In this document: positions 25,898 through 33,176 of the stretch, in pieces
Position numbering within the stretch: position 1 is the first letter of the stretch
Layout: each line of letters opens with the position of its first letter
Virus record (IMG/VR): IMGVR_UViG_3300030372_003450
Coordinates: 1-33,886 of that record
DNA: 33,886 nt
Source of the DNA: a virus
Taxonomy: Duplodnaviria; Caudoviricetes
Reading direction: 5' to 3' (one strand)
Program-made: the position numbers and the translations under genes
Notes under the pieces: model-generated
Databases searched by the model: none
Told to the model about the DNA's origin: nothing
The model's input: only the letters and a program-made list of their open reading frames with translations

Positions 25898-27082
25898 ATG
25901 AAAAAACGGTTACGATTAACAGACGAAGAAGCGAAAATTTTAGGTTTAAAAATTCCTCAAACAAAGAAGCATAAAAATGCAAGATATACAATTACCGCCG
26001 AAGAATTGAAAGAAGTTTATGCTTTACGTGGTTACGATCCGGCGTTAATTGGTGAATGTATTGATAAAGGTATTTCACCGGAAAAAATCCGGCATTATTG
26101 GCACAAATCGGAACATTTTTCTTTAAATGTCCAAGAAGAAAAACAAGACCAAACGGTAAAAATTGGTGAAGTATTTGATGAAATTATTGAAAAGCATTTA
26201 AAAGACTTTACACCATTAAAGCGAACACAACCAACAAAAAAATCAAATAAAGCTTTAAAAGTAACTATTACCGATTCACACGTTGGAATGAATCCAAATC
26301 CGGCAAACAATTCACTTTTTCAATACGAATATAATTCAGAAATTTACAATCAATCAATTGCAAAAGTTTATAATTCTATTTTAAAAGAACACGCAACTTT
26401 CGGAACATTCGATTTATTGTTACTTGATGATTTAGGTGATTTGGCTGATGGTTGGAACGGTTACACTACGCGCGGCGGTCATACGTTACCGCAAAATATG
26501 AGTAACGCTGAAGTGTTTGAAGTTTGTGTTGATGCCTACGTGAATTTAATTCGTTCTTTAGTTGAAGCAAATGTTGCAAATAAAATTATTTTGCGTTGTG
26601 TTTGCAATGATAATCATTCCGGTGATTTTGCGCTTATCATTAATAAAGGTATTCAAAAGATTATCAATTTAATGTATTCAAAAGATATTGTTGAAGTTGA
26701 TATTTTGGAAAGGTTTATTGAACACCGTACTTATGGCGATCATTGTTTCATTCTTACGCACGGTAAAGATAAAGAACAAATGAGAGGTGGTCTACCGATT
26801 GTTTTAAATGATAAAGCTATTCGATTAATTACGGATTATATTGAGCATTACGAAATCAATTCAAAATTTATTCACGTTGAAAAAGGTGATTTACATCAAA
26901 TAGGCTATCAGCGAACAAAGAAATTTGATTATAGAAATTTTATGTCTTTCGCACCGCCTTCTTCCTGGATTCAGCACAACTTTGGTGATTCTTATTCCGG
27001 TTATTCGATCCAAGTAATACCAAAATTTAATAATGAAATTTCACATACTGACTACTTTATTAACTATGATAAAAGGAATTAA
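25898..27082 (+). CDS. Calcineurin-like metallophosphoesterase
   Basis: TDSHVG, LGDLADG, NDNHS, THG, GDLHQ motifs in canonical order. Confidence 0.85.
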   Translation: MKKRLRLTDEEAKILGLKIPQTKKHKNARYTITAEELKEVYALRGYDPALIGECIDKGISPEKIRHYWHKSEHFSLNVQEEKQDQTVKIGEVFDEIIEKHLKDFTPLKRTQPTKKSNKALKVTITDSHVGMNPNPANNSLFQYEYNSEIYNQSIAKVYNSILKEHATFGTFDLLLLDDLGDLADGWNGYTTRGGHTLPQNMSNAEVFEVCVDAYVNLIRSLVEANVANKIILRCVCNDNHSGDFALIINKGIQKIINLMYSKDIVEVDILERFIEHRTYGDHCFILTHGKDKEQMRGGLPIVLNDKAIRLITDYIEHYEINSKFIHVEKGDLHQIGYQRTKKFDYRNFMSFAPPSSWIQHNFGDSYSGYSIQVIPKFNNEISHTDYFINYDKRN

Positions 27083-27093
27083 ACAAAAATGTT

Positions 27094-27101
27094 TACATTT
27101 G
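27094..27101 (+). promoter_or_regulatory. -7 promoter box (TACATTTG) with no downstream CDS
   Basis: TAnnTTTG 11 nt after the phosphoesterase stop; a terminator hairpin follows ~40 nt later. Confidence 0.5.
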
Positions 27102-27104
27102 TGA

Positions 27105-27171
27105 AATATGTTCTTCATATATTTGTTTTTAGTTTAGGATTTCGCGGTTAATAGCCGCGATTTCTGTTTTT
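27105..27171 (+). ncRNA. Candidate small antisense RNA complementary to early-gene translation initiation regions
   Basis: Bounded by a -7 box and a terminator. Body TTCTTCATATATTTGTTTTTAGTTT is the reverse complement of AAACTAAAAACAAATATATGAAGAA. Ends are approximate. Confidence 0.5.
27142..27171 (+). terminator. Intrinsic terminator at the late/early boundary
   Basis: TCGCGGTT-aat-AGCCGCGA followed by TTTCTGTTTTT. Confidence 0.75.
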
Positions 27172-27270
27172 ATACAAAAAAACTTCAAAAAAACTTTCGT
27201 TCTAAAAGCCTTATAAACATTGACTTTTTAAAAATAATCTATATTTTTTTATATTTTATAGTAGGATATT

Positions 27271-27291
27271 AAATATAGTTTTCTATATTTG
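27271..27291 (+). promoter_or_regulatory. Early promoter -7 box embedded in a palindrome
   Basis: AAATATAG-tttt-CTATATTT-G; TATATTTG at 27284-27291. Confidence 0.65.
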
Positions 27292-27321
27292 TTACCAACA
27301 AACAAACAAAAACAAATTATT

Positions 27322-27552
27322 ATGAAAAATTTAACAGACGAACAAAAAATTAAAATTATTACAAATGAAGCTAATTATTGGACTTCAGTATTAAATGAAT
27401 GTACTAAAGAAGATGTTTATTTTTTAGCTGAAAAAATGGAAATAAATACAATACATCCAACATCGAAACGAAAAGTAAACAAGAATGATTTAATATCACT
27501 TATCAAATACAACAAGGCTGCTGAAATGCGAGATTTTTTAAGAAATAAATAA
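27322..27552 (+). CDS. First early gene; possible Rho_N/HeH-like motif
   Basis: ATG 27322 preferred because TTG 27289 lies inside the promoter. KEDVYFLAEKMEI...KVNKNDLISLI resembles helix-extension-helix motifs. Confidence 0.6.
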   Translation: MKNLTDEQKIKIITNEANYWTSVLNECTKEDVYFLAEKMEINTIHPTSKRKVNKNDLISLIKYNKAAEMRDFLRNK

Positions 27553-27560
27553 AAAACAAA

Positions 27561-27577
27561 GGGGGTGAAATTCCCCC
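27561..27577 (+). other. Short GC hairpin between early genes
   Basis: GGGGG-tgaaatt-CCCCC without a good U-tract. Confidence 0.5.
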
Positions 27578-27604
27578 ATTTATAAACAACTAAAAACAAA
27601 CAAA

Positions 27605-27799
27605 GTGAAAAACGAAACAATCACCGCAAAAGCAAATAAAAGCAAAAGAACTTTCACAATTCGTAAATATATTGATGGAAAACTATTCGCAAAATATAGA
27701 ACATTTGAAATGTCAGATGATGATTTTTTTGCTGAAGAAATGAACACAGAAAATGATTGGAAAGCCTTTTTGAAATCTGATTATTATTTTGAGGTATGA
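27605..27799 (+). CDS. Hypothetical early protein
   Basis: GTG start after an AACTAAAAACAAA leader. Confidence 0.65.
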   Translation: MKNETITAKANKSKRTFTIRKYIDGKLFAKYRTFEMSDDDFFAEEMNTENDWKAFLKSDYYFEV

Positions 27800-27915
27800 A
27801 AGAACTTCAAAAACTATTAAAGCAAGTTGAACAATTTAAAAAACTTGGTTACGAACCGCACTATTATCAATGGCACACAAAACGAATTTTTGAACTTAAA
27901 AACAAATTAAAATGA
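27796..27915 (+). CDS. Hypothetical early protein, 39 aa (not in ORF track)
   Basis: MKELQKLLKQVEQFKKLGYEPHYYQWHTKRIFELKNKLK; ATGA overlaps at both ends. Confidence 0.6.
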   Translation: MKELQKLLKQVEQFKKLGYEPHYYQWHTKRIFELKNKLK

Positions 27916-28193
27916 AAGAAACATTAAAAGAACTATTAAGAGAAAAACCAAATTCAATTGGTTGCATTTTTGTAAAAGGTAAAACAATTTTATATCTTCA
28001 ATACTCAGCTAAGAACTGGCACTACAAACTACATTTTTTAAACGATGATTTGCTTGAAATTGAAATGATTTGTGATGATGTTGGTGATACGGTTATGTTT
28101 GGCGAATCAATCGGAACAGACCGCGACATTTTAAACGAAATTAGTTTCGAAATTCATCCTTCAATTATTGAACATAAATCGCAAATGGTATGA
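27912..28193 (+). CDS. Hypothetical early protein
   Basis: 93-aa ORF coupled by ATGA overlaps. Confidence 0.65.
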   Translation: MKETLKELLREKPNSIGCIFVKGKTILYLQYSAKNWHYKLHFLNDDLLEIEMICDDVGDTVMFGESIGTDRDILNEISFEIHPSIIEHKSQMV

Positions 28194-28291
28194 AAAACAA
28201 AAAAGCACTTTTATCTTTTTGGGATAATTTCAACACCGAACTTTACTACAAATATTTAAAACTAAAAACAACTAAAAATGAAAACAATTAA
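28190..28291 (+). CDS. Hypothetical early peptide, 33 aa (not in ORF track)
   Basis: MKNKKALLSFWDNFNTELYYKYLKLKTTKNENN; ATGA overlap with the upstream gene. Confidence 0.5.
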   Translation: MKNKKALLSFWDNFNTELYYKYLKLKTTKNENN

Positions 28292-28490
28292 CGACTTAAA
28301 AAAAACAATAACAGAATCAAATGTTATTGATTACACAATTGAACAAGGAATCACTTTTAAAAATACTTTTACAATTCAGCTAACAACAAAAGAAGTTTTT
28401 TCAATGCCGGTTGGATATAATGTAACATCTTTTTCATTTTCAGCATTACCGGATTCAAAAGCAATTATTTCATTCACCGTAAATTTTTAA
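28278..28490 (+). CDS. Hypothetical early protein
   Basis: 70-aa ORF with an AAACTAAAAACAA leader. Confidence 0.6.
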   Translation: MKTINDLKKTITESNVIDYTIEQGITFKNTFTIQLTTKEVFSMPVGYNVTSFSFSALPDSKAIISFTVNF

Positions 28491-28492
28491 TT

Positions 28493-28687
28493 ATGAAAGT
28501 AGGAAATAAAATTAAACAACTAAAGAAAGAACACAAGGTGACACGCAAAGAAATTGCAAAAGCTACTAAAATTGATGTTCTAACAATCAAAGCAATTGAA
28601 GAAAACAATAATGGCAATCTTTCCAGGATCAAAAAAATATTTTTATTCTTTGGATATGATGCCGAAATTGTACTAAAGAAAAAATAA
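28493..28687 (+). CDS. XRE-family helix-turn-helix regulator (Cro-like)
   Basis: VGNKIKQLKKEHKVTRKEIAKATKIDVLTIKAIEEN matches the HTH_XRE pattern. Confidence 0.8.
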   Translation: MKVGNKIKQLKKEHKVTRKEIAKATKIDVLTIKAIEENNNGNLSRIKKIFLFFGYDAEIVLKKK

Positions 28688-28697
28688 AAACTAATAA

Positions 28698-28729
28698 TTG
28701 CATTTTTTAGATATAATTTTATATATTTG
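28698..28729 (+). promoter_or_regulatory. Bacteroidota sigma70-type promoter (-33 TTG, -7 TATATTTG)
   Basis: TTG 28698-28700, 21-nt spacer, TATATTTG 28722-28729. Confidence 0.7.
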
Positions 28730-28752
28730 CAATGAACTTAAAAACAAATCAA

Positions 28753-29253
28753 ATGAAAACTATTTATCAAAAATTAGCACAAGCAAAATCAGAAATCGGT
28801 GCAATTTCTAAGGATTCAAAAAATCCATTTTACAAATCAAAGTATTTCGATATTAACCAACTATTACAACACGTTGAACCGGTGCTGGAAAAATACGGCT
28901 TAATGATTATGCAACCAATTATTGAAGGAAAAGTTGTTTCACTTATTATTGATGTTGAAACCGGCAAAGATTGCCGAAGCGAAATTCAATTAACTGACGA
29001 ACGCGATCCACAAAAAATAGGTTCACAAATATCTTACTTCAGAAGATACACGCTTTCTTCATTGTTATCTTTACAAGCTGAAGATGATGATGCAAACAAA
29101 GCTATTCCACAAACACAAACAAAAAAGAAATTCACTAAATCTGATGCGGATGGTGAATTTTTAAAAGGTACTCCGGCGGAAGAATTATCCAAAAAGTACA
29201 TTATAACAACTGAACAAATTAACAAATATAAATTACTAACTAAAAACAAATAA
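28753..29253 (+). CDS. erf: ERF-family single-strand annealing protein
   Basis: KNPFYKSKY and DPQKIGSQISYFRRYTLSSLLSLQAEDDDAN (ERF GS..(S/T)Y..RY signature). ATG 28753 preferred over 28732. Confidence 0.9.
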   Translation: MKTIYQKLAQAKSEIGAISKDSKNPFYKSKYFDINQLLQHVEPVLEKYGLMIMQPIIEGKVVSLIIDVETGKDCRSEIQLTDERDPQKIGSQISYFRRYTLSSLLSLQAEDDDANKAIPQTQTKKKFTKSDADGEFLKGTPAEELSKKYIITTEQINKYKLLTKNK

Positions 29254-29255
29254 AA

Positions 29256-29744
29256 ATGAAAACATCACTTTATCAAATCGAAACAGAACACCTTGCATTG
29301 ATGCAACAAATTGAAAATGCTGAAGGTGAAATTACTGAAGAAATTGCGGAGCAACTTGAAATTAACGAATCACAATTGCAAAGCAAATCAATTGCATATT
29401 TATCAGTAATAAAATCAAAAGAATCTTTTAATTCGCAAATTGACGAAGAAATTAAGCGATTACAAGCAATGAAAAAGCGAAACAATAACCTTGTAACAAA
29501 CTTAAAAAATCGTTTGCTAGATGCCGTTAAATTGTTCGGTGAGTTTGAAAGCGGATTATCCAAATTTGGAACGCGAAAAAGTTCTTCAGTTGAGGTTGAA
29601 AATGTAAATGCTTTACCGAAGGAATTTAAAGTTATTAAAGTAACCGAACAAGCTGATAAATCAGCATTGAAGAAAGCGATCAAAGAAGGCCAGGAAATAG
29701 AAGGCGTTTCAATAGTTGAAAAACTAAATCTTAAAATAAATTAA
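29256..29744 (+). CDS. Siphovirus Gp157-family protein
   Basis: SLYQI..E, IDEEIKRLQAMKK, RKSSSVEV...LPKEF...DKSALKKAIKEGQEIEG. Confidence 0.88.
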   Translation: MKTSLYQIETEHLALMQQIENAEGEITEEIAEQLEINESQLQSKSIAYLSVIKSKESFNSQIDEEIKRLQAMKKRNNNLVTNLKNRLLDAVKLFGEFESGLSKFGTRKSSSVEVENVNALPKEFKVIKVTEQADKSALKKAIKEGQEIEGVSIVEKLNLKIN

Positions 29745-29812
29745 AAAAAGCGTACAATATAAATAAATAAAACAACAATTCAAAGAGTGTTAAACAAGCA
29801 AAAAGTAAAATT

Positions 29813-30151
29813 ATGAGTTTAGAAATTAAAGGAACAATCAAAACAATAGGTGAAACTATTGAAGGCGGTAAAGGTGAAAAAACTTGGCAAAAAATGTTTT
29901 ATACCATTGACACCGGTGAGCAATACGACAATATTATTTCATTTGAAATATTTAGTCAAGACAAGATTGAACAGTTCCGAAAATGGAATGTTATTGGCGA
30001 TAAAGTAACCGTTCATTTTAACATTAAGTGCCGGGAATGGGAAGGTAAATACTTCACCAATCTTTCATCTTGGCGATGTGTTAAAGATGTTGCAGAAACA
30101 ACGGAAGCACCGCAACCAATTGAAGAAGGTGCTGATGATTTGCCATTTTGA
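29813..30151 (+). CDS. DUF3127-like single-stranded DNA-binding protein
   Basis: LEIKGTI...WQK...IGDKVTVHFNIKCREWEGKYFT.L..W and an acidic DDLPF tail. Confidence 0.85.
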   Translation: MSLEIKGTIKTIGETIEGGKGEKTWQKMFYTIDTGEQYDNIISFEIFSQDKIEQFRKWNVIGDKVTVHFNIKCREWEGKYFTNLSSWRCVKDVAETTEAPQPIEEGADDLPF

Positions 30152-30200
30152 ATTAATCAATTAAAAAAAATAGGATTTAAACCAATAAAAACAAAAACAA

Positions 30201-30617
30201 ATGAAAACAAAAAGAAGAATACAAGACAAAACAATCGACAAAGCGTTTAATTATTTGCAAGAATTACACCACGTTTTGACCATAACCGATTCAGTTAATT
30301 TAACAAAGCTTTCAACGGTTCACAAAGTTTCCAAAACTTACGGAACATTATTGTTAAGAAACAATTTGTTAGTTAGAACAAAAAACGGTGCTTTGCGTTG
30401 GGCAACAATTGATCCAAGCCGAGAAATGGCAATTGAACTTGTAAGAAGGGCAAATGAATATCAATATAATTCTTTTGCTAAAAAAGAAAAGAACAAAGAA
30501 CAAGTTGCAATTGATTTCACAAAAAAACAAATATCGAAAACAGTTGTTCCAGGAAAAGAAAAACAAACAAAAAAAACATTCAATTTATTTTGGGGGTTAT
30601 TAAAATTCGATTATTAA
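30201..30617 (+). CDS. Hypothetical protein, possibly winged-helix
   Basis: 138 aa, ending FNLFWGLLKFDY. Confidence 0.6.
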   Translation: MKTKRRIQDKTIDKAFNYLQELHHVLTITDSVNLTKLSTVHKVSKTYGTLLLRNNLLVRTKNGALRWATIDPSREMAIELVRRANEYQYNSFAKKEKNKEQVAIDFTKKQISKTVVPGKEKQTKKTFNLFWGLLKFDY

Positions 30618-30625
30618 AAACCAAT

Positions 30626-30654
30626 AGAAGGGAGTTAAACACTCCTTTCTTTTT
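30626..30654 (+). terminator. Intrinsic terminator-like hairpin
   Basis: AGAAGGGAGT-taaac-ACTCCTTTCT followed by TTTT. Confidence 0.65.
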
Positions 30655-30667
30655 AAAACTAAAAACA

Positions 30668-31063
30668 ATGTATCAAGCACACTATTTAACAGAAATCGGA
30701 ATAAAAAAATATAAAGCAACTATTTCAACAAATCATTTGCTGGAGATCAGAAGAAATAAACCAACACCGCAAAAATGTGAAAATTTGATTCGATTAGTAT
30801 TTAATTATTTTGATATACCAACGGAAATGATGAAATCCAAATCTAGGAAAAGGGAAATTATTTTTGCAAGACAATTTGCAAGTTATTTTTTAAAACAAGA
30901 ATTTAATAATTTAAGCCTTCAAAAAATAGCTGATTATTTCGGTCAACATCATTCTTCCATAGTTCATTCAATAAAACAAATAAACAATTTGATTGAATAC
31001 GATTTGGAAAGTAAAGAACATCACAAAAATATTATGCAAAAAGTAATTGAAATGTATAAATAA
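30668..31063 (+). CDS. DnaA C-terminal (domain IV)-like HTH protein
   Basis: KSRKREIIFARQ...LSLQKIADYFGQHHSSIVHSIKQI. ATG 30668 preferred because 30590 would read through a terminator. Confidence 0.85.
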   Translation: MYQAHYLTEIGIKKYKATISTNHLLEIRRNKPTPQKCENLIRLVFNYFDIPTEMMKSKSRKREIIFARQFASYFLKQEFNNLSLQKIADYFGQHHSSIVHSIKQINNLIEYDLESKEHHKNIMQKVIEMYK

Positions 31064-31076
31064 ATTTGTATTTTTG
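31047..31076 (+). promoter_or_regulatory. Promoter of the replication operon (-33 TTG, -7 TATTTTTG)
   Basis: TTG 31047-31049, 19-nt spacer, TATTTTTG 31069-31076. Confidence 0.65.
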
Positions 31077-31081
31077 TAAAA

Positions 31082-31172
31082 GTTGCGGTCTAACAATATA
31101 GCAACAAAAAGAATTATTGGAAGCCTATAATGATAAAAGAAGTTAGACCCTTTTTGATTTATGGGCTTTTTT
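31082..31172 (+). ncRNA. Structured 5' leader with two loop-complementary hairpins (candidate attenuator)
   Basis: Loop 1 GGTCTAAC (31087-31094) is the exact reverse complement of loop 2 GTTAGACC (31142-31149). Hairpin 2 ends in a T tract. Confidence 0.6.
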
Positions 31173-31214
31173 ATGAATTAAATTTTATTGGTTTTTTAAA
31201 AACCTTTATTTATT

Positions 31215-31433
31215 ATGGCATACTCATTAACATTTTATTGTAATAGTGGTGATGGAACTACCTTACAAACTGAAAAAAATCCGGCTGATGAAATTTGGAT
31301 CAGCATAAAATATCCAGGTGATGAATCCGGCTCGGCAATAGTTTTAGATAAATCAACCGCAATTAAATTTGCAAAGACAATAAGAACGGAAATAAACAAA
31401 ATTCAAGAAGGGGGTCGTGATGAATGGATATGA
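31215..31433 (+). CDS. Hypothetical protein
   Basis: 72-aa ORF after the structured leader, overlapping the initiator start. Confidence 0.65.
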   Translation: MAYSLTFYCNSGDGTTLQTEKNPADEIWISIKYPGDESGSAIVLDKSTAIKFAKTIRTEINKIQEGGRDEWI

Positions 31434-32142
31434 ACTTTCACGCGCTTGGTTTAATTTCTGTTTTGACAATCCGGAAAAAATAAAACCTTCACATTCTGCA
31501 ATTTACTTTTTTGCAATCGAACATTGCAACCGTTTAGGCTGGAAAGAAAAATTTGGTTTTCCTTCTCAAATGGTTATGGAAGCAATTGGAATAAAAAATT
31601 GGCGAACCTATTCAAAAGCTTTAAATGATATTGTTGAATTTGGTTTTATTGAAATGATTGAAACAAGCAAAAATCAATATTCATCTAATATAATTGCTAT
31701 TGTAAAAAATACCAAAGCACCTACCAAAGCATTAGACAAAGCATTGTCGAAGCACATACAAAAGCAAGGTACAAAGCAAGGTCAAAGCATTGTTAGTATA
31801 GATAAACAATTAAACAAAGAACAAGTAACAAATAACAAAGGGAAAAATTCTTTTTCCGAAAAGAAAGAAAAGTTTCTAAATTGGTTTAATCTTAAAAAAG
31901 AAAAACACACCGGTAAAATTGGAAGGTTTAAAATACTAACTTCAACCGATGATAAAAATTTAAAAAAGTTATACAAAGATTATGGTGCTGAAGAATTTGA
32001 AATTGCAATTAAAAATTTGTACAAATCAAAATGGGCCATTGAAAATAATATGCTTACACCAAGCCATTATTTAAGAATTGAAAATTTTAATAAATATCTG
32101 AATCAAGGCGATACGGTTAAACGCTTAAATACTTTTGATTAA
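31417..32142 (+). CDS. Phage replication initiator (lambda O/DnaD-like organisation)
   Basis: N-terminal wHTH-like region, central linker carrying DNA iterons, C-terminal LTPSHYLRIENFNKYLN; directly upstream of the helicase. Confidence 0.75.
   Translation: MMNGYELSRAWFNFCFDNPEKIKPSHSAIYFFAIEHCNRLGWKEKFGFPSQMVMEAIGIKNWRTYSKALNDIVEFGFIEMIETSKNQYSSNIIAIVKNTKAPTKALDKALSKHIQKQGTKQGQSIVSIDKQLNKEQVTNNKGKNSFSEKKEKFLNWFNLKKEKHTGKIGRFKILTSTDDKNLKKLYKDYGAEEFEIAIKNLYKSKWAIENNMLTPSHYLRIENFNKYLNQGDTVKRLNTFD
31711..31840. repeat. Iteron array plus A-rich tract (putative replication origin)
   Basis: Seven CAAAGCA-like units starting at 31713, 31725, 31737, 31748, 31760, 31772 and 31783, followed by AACAA repeats. 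Confidence 0.7.
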
Positions 32143-33164
32143 TGAAAAAAGGATTCAAAATAACAAAAGCGTTTGAAATTACTGAAGCATTAATTGAATA
32201 TCGCGATAACTACAATGAAAAAGGAAAGTATTTAGGTTTTGAGAATTTAAACGAACTTTATACAATGCAATTAGGAACGTGTACAGATTGGACCGGATTT
32301 CCAAGAAGCGGAAAAACGCAAGTATTAATGGAATTGCTTTTAAATACTTCACTTTATTACTCGTGGAAACATTTAATATATTTTCCGGATGTTGGAAATA
32401 CAACCGAAATAATTGCTGATTTGCTACATAAAAAAACCGCGAAATGTTTTAATCCAAAATATAAAAATGTTATTTCGGATCAAGAAATATATCGACAAAC
32501 TGAATGGTTATTGGAACACTTTAAAGTTTTAACAAAATCGGATGTAAAAGCAAAATTAACTCCTTTCGAATTTTACGATTTGGCGGCAAGTATGAAGGAC
32601 GAAATACAAACGGCTTCGATTGATTCCTGGAAAGATATGAGCCACCCATACAATGAATTTGGCGGTTATGCAATGTATTTAGAAGCGGTGTTGCCTTATA
32701 GAAACCAAACGGCCGAAGATAACAACCTTCATATTCACACCGTAATTCATCCAAAGCTAACCGAAAAAGAAAACGGTAAAAGGAAAGCACCAACACCATA
32801 CGATTTGAAAGGCGGTTCAGAATGGTTTAACTCCGGTAAATGTATGATAACAGTTCATAGAGAAAGCACCGAAACAACGAATGCAGATATTTCAGTGCAT
32901 AAGGTTAAACCGAGAAGTTGCGGAAATGTTGGTTTTACTTCACTTCAATTTGATGTTGAAAAATTGGTATATTTCACCACCGAACAAACACAAAACGGCA
33001 ATGTGAAAAGATACGCAACCGAAAAAAGTAAACCAGCAAAGGTTGAGCCTATAAAAGAACCAACACCATTAACACCAAACAAAGATTTTGATATAAATAA
33101 CAGAATTGAACCACAAGGAAAAGTTGAAAATTGGGAAGAACCCGGTTTGGATTTGTGGCAATAA
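32142..33164 (+). CDS. SF4 (DnaB/T7 gp4-like) replicative helicase
   Basis: Walker A GFPRSGKT, Walker B SIDSW, VIHP, YDLKGGSEWFN, HKVKPR; no primase domain. Confidence 0.75.
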   Translation: MKKGFKITKAFEITEALIEYRDNYNEKGKYLGFENLNELYTMQLGTCTDWTGFPRSGKTQVLMELLLNTSLYYSWKHLIYFPDVGNTTEIIADLLHKKTAKCFNPKYKNVISDQEIYRQTEWLLEHFKVLTKSDVKAKLTPFEFYDLAASMKDEIQTASIDSWKDMSHPYNEFGGYAMYLEAVLPYRNQTAEDNNLHIHTVIHPKLTEKENGKRKAPTPYDLKGGSEWFNSGKCMITVHRESTETTNADISVHKVKPRSCGNVGFTSLQFDVEKLVYFTTEQTQNGNVKRYATEKSKPAKVEPIKEPTPLTPNKDFDINNRIEPQGKVENWEEPGLDLWQ

Positions 33165-33176
33165 AAAAACAAATAA

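Noticed and set aside
27041-27118. Minus-strand 25-aa ORF MKNIFHKCKHFCLIPFIIVNKVVSM with an ideal-looking A-rich leader (possible type I toxin)
   Set aside because: No minus-strand TAnnTTTG box found upstream, it overlaps the phosphoesterase end, and all other genes are on +. It remains the main alternative to the antisense-RNA reading and needs strand-specific RNA-seq to exclude.
27289-30667. ORF-track starts at 27289, 28732 and 30590
   Set aside because: They lie within or immediately after promoter boxes, or upstream of a terminator. Downstream ATGs at 27322, 28753 and 30668 have the typical leader.
30668-31063. Calling this gene dnaA
   Set aside because: Only the C-terminal HTH domain is present; there is no AAA+ domain.
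31082-31172. tRNA or a named riboswitch
   Set aside because: No cloverleaf or T-loop consensus, and I cannot match it to a specific Rfam family by eye.
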